Origin: a virus
Direction: 5' to 3' (one strand)
DNA: 64,000 bases
IMG/VR virus record: IMGVR_UViG_3300020048_000115
Location: 6,053-70,052 of that record
A model generated the notes under the pieces. That model ran no database searches and was not told the origin of the DNA. It worked only from the letters and a program-made list of their open reading frames with translations. Within the stretch, counting starts at the first letter, position 1. Each line of letters starts with the position of its first letter. A program made the translations under genes and the position numbers. Shown here piece after piece: positions 57,042 through 64,000 of this stretch.

Positions 57042-57178
57042 ATGGAGTCTCCATGTATTCAAAAGTGCACACTTGACCCTAAATCGGAATACTGCATTAG
57101 TTGTAAACGAACTATAGACCAGATAATGAACTGGAAACGCTATAGTACTGAACAACGAAAACAAATAATGGATAATCT

Positions 57179-57253
57179 GCGCTGATAGCTTAATGGTAAA
57201 GCAGTGAACTCATAATTCATTGAGTCTAGGTTCAATTCCTAGTCAGCGCACCA
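57179..57253 (+). tRNA. tRNA-Met (CAU), copy 3
   Basis: Acceptor gcgctga/tcagcgc, loop cTCATAa, T-arm ctaggTTCAATTcctag, CCA. Followed by a terminator. Confidence 0.65.
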
Positions 57254-57258
57254 CTTAA

Positions 57259-57285
57259 CCCACCGTCAAGGTGGGTTTTTTGTTT
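57259..57285 (+). terminator. intrinsic terminator after the last tRNA
   Basis: cccacc-gtcaa-ggtggg, followed by TTTTTTG. Confidence 0.65.
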
Positions 57286-57299
57286 GCAGAAATATTCAC

Positions 57300-57328
57300 T
57301 TGAAATCGCTACTACTTTTTGTTATAAT
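57300..57328 (+). promoter_or_regulatory. sigma70 promoter TTGAAA-17-TATAAT
   Basis: ttgaaatcgctactactttttgttataat. Confidence 0.55.
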
Positions 57329-57364
57329 AATTCTTTAACACAACAACTTAACTTTAAACTCAAT

Positions 57365-57715
57365 ATGAAAATTAATTTTGCTCAAGTTTCAAATCACGAC
57401 GTCGATATGTTTGGAGAAGACAATTTGTTTGGCCCTAACGAACAAGGTGACTTTTTTTACAACTATGTAGAATACGGCACTAATCCCGGTGGCACAGACG
57501 AAGTTGCTATTGTTGACGGCTGCAATCGTTTTATGCCAATTGCCATGGAACATATTCCAGACCTTGTAACCGCGCTGACTGAATGCTATAAAATTTACCT
57601 AGAGCTAACCAGTGCAGAGAATACCAAAGAATACGTTGAAACTAATTCGGAAGCATATGTTGACAATTCTAAAGTCGAATACGACACCCAATCCTTTTCA
57701 CAAGTTACTGGCTAA
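57365..57715 (+). CDS. hypothetical acidic protein (116 aa)
   Basis: Start MKINFAQ, downstream of a TTGAAA-17-TATAAT promoter. The track start at 57284 would overlap a tRNA terminator. Confidence 0.45.
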   Translation: MKINFAQVSNHDVDMFGEDNLFGPNEQGDFFYNYVEYGTNPGGTDEVAIVDGCNRFMPIAMEHIPDLVTALTECYKIYLELTSAENTKEYVETNSEAYVDNSKVEYDTQSFSQVTG

Positions 57716-57913
57716 CCTTTCCGACACTGAATATCAAACAGTAACGCTAGACTATCTTAAACAAGTCAGTGAAATAGTTAATGAATACTCAGTATTGGTT
57801 AAAACTTTTGGTGAAGCATTTCAAGTATTAGAGTTCTTGCAAGATGCTAAAGCAGTAGATTTAGTTTTACTTGACGAGTCTGAAAACGTTTATAAAATAA
57901 AGAAAAGAAAATA

Positions 57914-58303
57914 ATGGCAACAAAATCAAATAAACCCGCCGCATCTACTACTGCCGCACCCACGGGAGTTACTCGTACACAGGCTAATCGTAAGCGCAGG
58001 TTGCTGCGAACTATTAAGGCTCAGCCTAATAATATCCAGGTACAGAATGCTCTACTAGAGTCTGGCACAAAGCGTAAAGCACCGATTAATTCTCAATGGT
58101 CACATTCAGCTATTAGACTAGCTAAGTTGTTCAAAGAATTCTGTGGTCGTGCACCCAAAGAGTTATTCTCCAATAATCCTAAAGTGCAGCAAGCTGCACA
58201 AAGCGTGTCGTACACCAGAGTATTTACTAATTTGCCACAAGGTAAGGTAGACTTCTCCATTGGTGCACGTGCCTTTGTTCGTCAAGGTAGTACATGGAAC
58301 TAA
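57914..58303 (+). CDS. basic protein, possible nucleic-acid binding (129 aa)
   Basis: Lys/Arg-rich N-terminus. Confidence 0.4.
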   Translation: MATKSNKPAASTTAAPTGVTRTQANRKRRLLRTIKAQPNNIQVQNALLESGTKRKAPINSQWSHSAIRLAKLFKEFCGRAPKELFSNNPKVQQAAQSVSYTRVFTNLPQGKVDFSIGARAFVRQGSTWN

Positions 58304-58563
58304 TTGGATACTATGTACTCTTTGCTTTTAGTATCTCAATTGCTGCAACATATTTCTGGTTTTGGCCACTAATACAAGAAGCCAAAGATAATAGAATTAT
58401 CAATAGCTTTACTAATTTTCCAGTATTAAGTACTGTAATTTATATTTTACTTAGTGCGGTAGTTGCTCCTATTTTAGTCTTTCCTATGTTCAGCGAAGCA
58501 ATGGCTGAACGATTTAAACATGGACTACAAAACGAAATCTTAAAACCAGATCCGAAAATTTAA
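58294..58563 (+). CDS. small membrane protein (89 aa)
   Basis: Two hydrophobic helices. Confidence 0.4.
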   Translation: MELIGYYVLFAFSISIAATYFWFWPLIQEAKDNRIINSFTNFPVLSTVIYILLSAVVAPILVFPMFSEAMAERFKHGLQNEILKPDPKI

Positions 58564-58626
58564 AATTGCATTGACTGTGTTTATTTGATATAATATATAC
58601 TTATCAAAACACATAAAGACTCAAAC

Positions 58627-58899
58627 ATGAAACTCGTAGAATTCAAATACACAAAAGCTGACGGCACTACTAGCGACAGAGCTGTTATTGAAGTTGTGCA
58701 ACCAGTTGCATACTTTGAAGGCATTGATGTAACCAAAATGCCCGAAGCCGATTTTGCTGAATTCACCCTCGAATATCGTGACTTGATTGAGCAGCAATAT
58801 AATGCTAAAATGAGTATTATGCAGAAATATGATTTGAAGCATAACTATCGCCGTTTCATTCCTGAAAAAATGACCGACGTTACCTCAGACCACATCTAA
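58627..58899 (+). CDS. hypothetical protein (90 aa)
   Basis: ORF. Confidence 0.4.
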   Translation: MKLVEFKYTKADGTTSDRAVIEVVQPVAYFEGIDVTKMPEADFAEFTLEYRDLIEQQYNAKMSIMQKYDLKHNYRRFIPEKMTDVTSDHI

Positions 58900-58921
58900 A
58901 CAAACAACAGAAAGAAATAAA

Positions 58922-59287
58922 ATGGCAGCAACTTGGACACCAGAACTTAAAGCAAGCGTTATCGAGAAATACGAAGGCGCAAATCCAACTCCTGAAAACT
59001 CTACCGAAATCATCAAAGACATTGCCGAAGAAATCGAAATGTCTCCAAATGGTGTTCGTATGGTACTAGTGCAAGCCGGTGTGTATGTTAAAAAAGACCC
59101 AGCCGCACCTAGCACTTCGAAAACTAAAACCGCCGGTAGCGGCGATAAAGCTCCACGCGTATCTAAAGAGTCGGCTATTGCTGAACTCAAAACCGCGATT
59201 GAAGATGCAGGCAAAACAGCAGATGACGACATTCTCAGCAAACTTACCGGCAAAGCCGCAGTTTACTTCCTGAGCTTGCTCAAGTAA
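58922..59287 (+). CDS. HTH protein related to paralog family A (121 aa)
   Basis: IAEEIEMSPNGVRMVLVQAGVY resembles the family motif. Terminator follows. Confidence 0.5.
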   Translation: MAATWTPELKASVIEKYEGANPTPENSTEIIKDIAEEIEMSPNGVRMVLVQAGVYVKKDPAAPSTSKTKTAGSGDKAPRVSKESAIAELKTAIEDAGKTADDDILSKLTGKAAVYFLSLLK

Positions 59288-59291
59288 TACA

Positions 59292-59320
59292 AGGCGGCCT
59301 AGTGCCGCCTTTTCTTTTTA
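59292..59320 (+). terminator. intrinsic terminator
   Basis: aggcggc-ctagt-gccgcct, followed by TTTCTTTTT. Confidence 0.6.
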
Positions 59321-59329
59321 AGGATTATC

Positions 59330-59938
59330 ATGGCAACACGCGCAAACAAAGAAAACGAACTGCTAACTCCAGCTAATCTCGATCGCGTGATTGCTGGGCT
59401 TGAAGCTACACCCAAGATGACTAAAAAGGATGCTTGCGCTATTTTAGGCATTGCATACAACACAACTCGCTTAGATAGTCTTATCAATAGTTATCAAGAA
59501 AAGAATGCTCGCGACGCTAGTCGACGGGCTGCGCTTCGCGGTAAACCGGCTACTCAAGACGAGATTGTGTATGTAATCCAAGAGTATCTAGAAGGAAGTC
59601 CTATTGATGCTATTTCAAAAGCCACTTATCGAGGACCGACTTTTGTCAAAGCAATCTTGGAAAAATACGATGTTCCAGTACGAAAAAGCTCTACTGATTA
59701 CTACAACCCAGAGCTTATCCCAGATGGAGCAGTACGTGACCGATTTGTTGTCGGAGAAGTTGTATACTCGGCCAAGTACGACTCTACTGCTCGTATCGAC
59801 TCCGAGCAGTTACATGAAAAGTACGGCTACATTTACAGAATATATCTTCTTGCAGAAAAATGGCAGCAATCAGCATGGCAAGAACACTACGAGCTGGCTA
59901 GCTTAGAGCACCTTCGTAAACTAGGAGTACGCATTTGA
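59330..59938 (+). CDS. hypothetical protein with N-terminal HTH-like segment (202 aa)
   Basis: KKDACAILGIAYNTTRLDSLI. Confidence 0.45.
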   Translation: MATRANKENELLTPANLDRVIAGLEATPKMTKKDACAILGIAYNTTRLDSLINSYQEKNARDASRRAALRGKPATQDEIVYVIQEYLEGSPIDAISKATYRGPTFVKAILEKYDVPVRKSSTDYYNPELIPDGAVRDRFVVGEVVYSAKYDSTARIDSEQLHEKYGYIYRIYLLAEKWQQSAWQEHYELASLEHLRKLGVRI

Positions 59939-60092
59939 TACAAAGTATATTCGTACTATTAGTTTTAAGTATGTTACTATACGCAGGTTATAGGCTCATA
60001 AAAGAATTCAAACCTTTTAAACTAATCTTTACAGTGCTAGCTTTCTTTAGCTTAGCACTGCTTATCTTAACTACAATTACCTTACTATTCTA

Positions 60093-60890
60093 ATGAACAA
60101 ATTTTTCAAAATCTCTGTTATTGTTGCCGCACTTATTCTAGCTACTGGCTGTACTCGTATTGAAACTGGTGAAGTAGGTGTTCGGGTTGGCTTTGACAAA
60201 CAAGTTCAAAGCGGCGAATTGCTACCAGGCTCATTTAACCAAAGTCTAGTTGGTAGTATTTTGACATTCCCTGTCAAAGACGTTAACGTGGTACTAGAGA
60301 ATATGACTCCTGTGGCTAAAGACAACTCGACAATGAAAGATTTGGATGCTGTAGTTGTTTACAATATTAATTCTGCTCAGGTTGCCGAGCTGTATTCCAC
60401 TAAGAACAAGAGCTTCCATGCTGAAGCCAAAGGCGATACTTATGTGATGTATAATTACATTGTTCAAAATGCTCGTAATGCTATCTACAAGGCAGCACGA
60501 AAATACGAAGCTTTGGACATGGCAGACAACCGTACTGAAATGGAAAACTTTATCAAGGAAGAAATTGTTCGCAATCTTGCTGAAGAAAAGTTGGACGGCG
60601 CTATCATGATTAATCAGGTTATGATTCGTAATGTATTGCCCAGCGATACAGTTGTTGAGTCAGCCAATGCACTAGTTCGCAGCAAAAACGAATTGAAGCA
60701 AAAAGAAGTTGAAGTTAAAACTGCCGAAGCTGAATCACGTCGTATGGCAGCACTGGCTAACAACTCAGGTAGCTCGATTGCATTCATGCAAGCACAAGCT
60801 ATGTTGAATATCAGTGAAGGTATTAAGAACGGCAAAGTGCAAACTATTGTTGTTCCCAGCAACTTCAATGCCTTAATGATGCCTAAATAA
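60093..60890 (+). CDS. SPFH/band-7 domain lipoprotein (265 aa)
   Basis: Signal peptide with lipobox LATGC. GEVGVRVGF and a coiled-coil C-terminus typical of SPFH proteins. Confidence 0.55.
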   Translation: MNKFFKISVIVAALILATGCTRIETGEVGVRVGFDKQVQSGELLPGSFNQSLVGSILTFPVKDVNVVLENMTPVAKDNSTMKDLDAVVVYNINSAQVAELYSTKNKSFHAEAKGDTYVMYNYIVQNARNAIYKAARKYEALDMADNRTEMENFIKEEIVRNLAEEKLDGAIMINQVMIRNVLPSDTVVESANALVRSKNELKQKEVEVKTAEAESRRMAALANNSGSSIAFMQAQAMLNISEGIKNGKVQTIVVPSNFNALMMPK

Positions 60891-61140
60891 TATGCGTTAC
60901 TGGATTTACGCTGAACCTGTGAATGAAAAGTCTGTAGAACCAATATTTCAGATTTTTTCTGATAAGGCTATTTTAGCTAGTTATTGGGAGTACTGGTGTA
61001 AGCAGATGCGTAAGGTTAATAAGCCCGAAGAAATGACTGAAGCTAATTGTATTGACGATTGGGTAGCAGTACATTGGGCAGTATTAGCAACTACTGAAAG
61101 TATGCTTAGAATTATTTCTGCACCTAAGGCATAGCTATAA

Positions 61141-61503
61141 ATGACACAGATCACTTGGCCTAAGATTTACTTTGGGCCAATTAACTTATGGAACTTACCT
61201 AAAATGGATGAGAATATACAGTACTCAAAAATCATTGATGAAAACATGGAAAAAGGTTTCCAGATTCGTCTTGCCGTAAATGACTTTCGTGATATTACTT
61301 ATATCCAGCTACGTAAGTTCTTTTTGAGTTACGAAGGTGAGTGGATTCCTAGTCGTGAAGGCGTCTCAATTCCTGCTAGTACTGAGAATATTTATGCTAT
61401 ACTAGACGGACTGTTTGAGATATGTTCTAAAGCAGAGGGCGAAGAAATTATCAAGCACTATGCTGATAAATTGACTTGTCAAAGTGACCCTAAACTGGTA
61501 TAA
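61141..61503 (+). CDS. hypothetical protein (120 aa)
   Basis: ORF. Confidence 0.4.
   Translation: MTQITWPKIYFGPINLWNLPKMDENIQYSKIIDENMEKGFQIRLAVNDFRDITYIQLRKFFLSYEGEWIPSREGVSIPASTENIYAILDGLFEICSKAEGEEIIKHYADKLTCQSDPKLV
61485..61503 (+). promoter_or_regulatory. TGACCCTAAACTGGTATAAT promoter-like element, 8 nt upstream of the ligA ATG
   Basis: Near-identical to TGACCCTAAACTGTTATAAT at 49365-49384, upstream of a tRNA-Met. Confidence 0.5.
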
Positions 61504-61511
61504 TATACTTT

Positions 61512-62465
61512 ATGAACAAAATTACACAATTCTTAGACTCGGCTTCAGCGGCCTATTATGCCGGTAGTCCGTTTATCACAGACGCACAGTTTGATGCGCT
61601 TGCTGAAAGCGTAGGATACTTTGCAGTGGGCGCTAAGCAAAACTCAAAAACTGAGCGTCATCTTTATCAAATGTACTCACTGCAAAAGTTCTATGAGGAC
61701 GAAAGCAAGGCTAAGCCCTTAGCAGGTATCGCTAGTATTGCCACAAGCATTAAACTAGACGGCGCTGCATTGAGTTTGTTGTATGTTGATGGTTGCTTGG
61801 TCAGAGTACTGACTCGTGGTGATGGTACTGAAGGTCAGATTGTTACTGATAAGTTCTTGAATAATCCTATTGTACCACAAAATATCCCGTTTCACGGAGT
61901 TTATCAAATCACTGGAGAAATTGTTGCTCCAGTAAACATTGAGAATTCACGCAACTATGCTGCTGGTGCATTAAACCTAAAAGATGCAGATGAGTTCAAG
62001 ACTCGTGCCTTAAGTTTCTTTGCATACGGCATTCAGCCAAGTCTTGCTGATAAATTTAATCAAGACATGGAGTGTTTAAAACTAGCTGGCTTTGGTGTAA
62101 TCAATGAACCAGACTTGGATAAAATCTTTCCGTGTGATGGAGTTGTGTTCCGTGTCAACGACAATAAGTTGTTTTACGAAATGGGTTACACAGCCAAACA
62201 CCCGCGCGGTGCTTATGCTAAAAAAGAGCGTGCCGAACACGTCGAGACTAAGCTACTAGGAGTTGAGTGGCAAGTAGGTAAAAGTGGTAAAGTCACTCCT
62301 GTGGCTATCCTTGAGCCTGTGTTAGTTGGTGATGCTCTAGTGTCCCGAGCTACACTCAATAATCCTGGATTTATTGAAATGCTAGACCTGCAAATCGGCG
62401 ACACAGTAGCCGTTATCAGAGCCGGGGAAATTATTCCTTGCATCTTGCACAAAGTTGATGCTTGA
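61512..62465 (+). CDS. ligA: NAD-dependent DNA ligase, N-terminal part (Ia + adenylation + OB), 317 aa
   Basis: Ia-domain-like AAYYAGSPFITDAQFDAL, adenylation lysine KLDGAA, TRGDGTEGQ, and an OB-fold-like WQVGKSGKVTPVAILEPVLV. Confidence 0.7.
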   Translation: MNKITQFLDSASAAYYAGSPFITDAQFDALAESVGYFAVGAKQNSKTERHLYQMYSLQKFYEDESKAKPLAGIASIATSIKLDGAALSLLYVDGCLVRVLTRGDGTEGQIVTDKFLNNPIVPQNIPFHGVYQITGEIVAPVNIENSRNYAAGALNLKDADEFKTRALSFFAYGIQPSLADKFNQDMECLKLAGFGVINEPDLDKIFPCDGVVFRVNDNKLFYEMGYTAKHPRGAYAKKERAEHVETKLLGVEWQVGKSGKVTPVAILEPVLVGDALVSRATLNNPGFIEMLDLQIGDTVAVIRAGEIIPCILHKVDA

Positions 62466-62475
62466 GGTATGCTAA

Positions 62476-62504
62476 ATTTACACTTGTCACAGCAACCCTA
62501 ATCG
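62476..62504 (+). promoter_or_regulatory. sigma70 promoter TTGTCA-17-TATAAT inside the split ligase locus
   Basis: ttgtcacagcaaccctaatcggatataat. Confidence 0.5.
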
Positions 62505-62537
62505 GATATAATATAGTCTACAAAGTAATAAAAGAAC

Positions 62538-63305
62538 ATGAGAATCGAAATCCCAACAACCTGCCCGTGCTGTGAGTATAAATTAGAGCTGGTCAATGAC
62601 CAGCTCTTTTGTAGAAACACGGCCTGTGGTGCTCAACTTGGTAAAAAAGTCGAACACTTCTGCAAGACATTGGGCATCAAAGGTATGGGCCCAAAGTCAG
62701 TTGAAAAACTAGAACTACAAGACTTAACCGAGCTATTCTATCTTGATGTTCATACAGTTACCGAGGCTCTTGGTAGCGAAAAAACTGCGTTAAAACTGCT
62801 TGATGAAATCGAACGGGCTAAGTCCGCAGATTTGGCAACAGTGCTGGCCAGTTTCTCTATTACACTAGTAGGCAACACAGCCTCTAAAAAGATTTGTGAA
62901 GTTGTTGAACATATCAACGACATTACATACGAAACTTGTAAACAAGCTGGTCTAGGTGATAAAGTCACTGAAAATCTTATTACTTGGTTACAAACAGATT
63001 TTCAAGATTTAAAAGAGTTTCTTCCGTTCTCTTTTAAGTCTCAGAAGAATTCCAATACAAATAGTAACAATAACAATAAAACTGTTTGTATTACAGGAAA
63101 GTTATCTTCTTATAAAACTAAAGCCGAAGCCTACAAAGCATTAGAAGAGGCAGGCTATAGTCCAGTAGAGTCAGTAACTAAAACTACTGATTATCTGGTT
63201 GATGAAGAAGATAAAGCTAGTACAAAACGTAAAAAGGCCGAATCCCTTGGCATCTCAATTATCAAAAACTTAAATATTTTCTTGAAAGAAAAAACAAATG
63301 ACTGA
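62538..63305 (+). CDS. NAD-dependent DNA ligase, C-terminal part (Zn finger + HhH + BRCT), 255 aa
   Basis: CPCC ... CRNTAC zinc finger, HhH-like region, and a BRCT-like VCITGKLSSYKTKAEAYKALEEAGY. Own promoter TTGTCA-17-TATAAT at 62476-62504. Confidence 0.6.
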   Translation: MRIEIPTTCPCCEYKLELVNDQLFCRNTACGAQLGKKVEHFCKTLGIKGMGPKSVEKLELQDLTELFYLDVHTVTEALGSEKTALKLLDEIERAKSADLATVLASFSITLVGNTASKKICEVVEHINDITYETCKQAGLGDKVTENLITWLQTDFQDLKEFLPFSFKSQKNSNTNSNNNNKTVCITGKLSSYKTKAEAYKALEEAGYSPVESVTKTTDYLVDEEDKASTKRKKAESLGISIIKNLNIFLKEKTND

Positions 63306-64000
63306 AAAAACAACTAAGAACTGGTCTGACGAAGCTGTTGACCAACTGATGAAAATCGTTGGTAGCGAAAGCCCTGTTAGTGTTAGCAGCGTAGAGCGTG
63401 CTTCTGAAGCCCTCGGCAAAACTACTCGTAGTATTGCTTCTAAACTGCGTCAACTAGACCGTGAAGTTGCAAGTCTTGCTAAAGAAAAGACTAGTGCGTT
63501 TACCGCAAACGAAGGCGATGATCTTGCTGATTTCGTTAGCGCAAATGCAGGTAATCTTACTTACAAACAAATCGCTGAAAACTTTGCTTCAGGCAAGTTC
63601 AGTGCAAAACAGATTCAAGGCAAATTGCTTGCTCTTGAATTGACTGGTTCAGTAAAGCCAGCCGAAAAAGTTGAAGTTGCTCGTACTTACACTGAGTCCG
63701 AAGAAACTACTTTTATTAAAATGGCTGATGCCGGTAACTTCATTGAAGATATTGCTAGCAAGCTGAATAAAACTGTTGCCTCAGTTCGTGGTAAGGCTCT
63801 TAGCCTGACACGTAAAGGTCAAATTGCTAAGATTCCAGCACAGCGTGAAAGCCATGCTAAAGAATCTATTGACCAAGTAACTGCTCTGGGTGCATCTATT
63901 GCAACTATGACTGTTGCTGAAATCGCTCAAGCAGTTGACAAAACCGAGCGTGGTCTGCGTACATTGCTGACTCGCCGTGGTATTAAAGTTGCTGACTATG
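63299..64000 (+). CDS. multi-repeat HTH protein of paralog family A, partial (runs off window end)
   Basis: At least four tandem copies of the family HTH module (ASEALGKTTRSIASKLRQL, KQIAENFASGKFSAKQIQGKL, EDIASKLNKTVASVRGKAL, AEIAQAVDKTERGLRTLL). No stop in the window. Confidence 0.55.

Overview
This 64 kb window is part of a large tailed dsDNA phage genome with an HK97-type capsid and a long non-contractile tail, plus a large accessory load. No rRNA, CRISPR array or integrase is present. All tRNA calls and structural-RNA candidates were made by eye from the sequence and need covariance-model and expression support.

Layout:
- (1) 1-21.8 kb: a minus-strand morphogenesis operon. It contains the small and large terminase subunits, an HNH nuclease, the portal protein, a prohead protease-scaffold-major capsid protein fusion, connector proteins, the major tail protein, tail chaperones G and G-T (with a canonical -1 slippery site GGGAAAC), a 2272-aa tape measure protein, distal tail proteins and a tail fibre. 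A plus-strand GIY-YIG homing-endonuclease gene is inserted between the HNH and terminase genes.
- (2) 21.8-29.9 kb: a plus-strand early region of about 20 small genes. They include two semiSWEET-like PQ-loop membrane proteins, two SprT-like HExxH proteins, a HAD phosphatase, a DnaQ-type exonuclease and three copies of a small helix-turn-helix (HTH) protein family. Each is served by a reiterated about 100-bp cassette: a terminator hairpin, a 21-25 bp perfect palindrome, a conserved box, a TGnTATAAT -10 element, and an ATG 6-8 nt later, which implies leaderless mRNAs.
- (3) 28.94-29.3 kb: a dense regulatory knot with two tandem exact sigma54-type -24/-12 elements, three iteron-like 17-mers and three GCGCCAGTGG repeats.
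- (4) 29.9-31.0 kb: a 1.1 kb stretch free of ORFs in all six frames, carrying two strong sigma70 promoters and terminators. It is a candidate small RNA plus a large structured RNA.
- (5) 31-40 kb: minus-strand genes, including a fourth HTH paralog, a TraR/DksA-like zinc finger, a ThyX-like protein, a metallophosphoesterase and a secreted SleB-type lysin.
- (6) 40-42.5 kb: a UvdE UV-damage endonuclease and a CX5R phosphatase.
- (7) 42.5-57.3 kb: a tRNA island with at least 24 plus-strand tRNAs, including three CAU tRNAs, type II Leu/Ser/Tyr tRNAs, and pseudo or aberrant tRNA-like elements. Embedded in it are an AT-rich 5-gene module that begins with an NlpC/P60 peptidase gene, a Ro60/Rsr-like gene (TROVE + vWA) preceded by a circularly permuted tRNA-like element (a Y-RNA/YrlA-like candidate), a ClpP-like peptidase, a metallophosphoesterase, and a rubrerythrin + rubredoxin pair.
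- (8) 57.3-64 kb: plus-strand genes, including an SPFH lipoprotein, a split NAD-dependent DNA ligase and more HTH-family paralogs.

A 9-mer, TGACCCTAA, occurs at least 13 times, mostly between genes.
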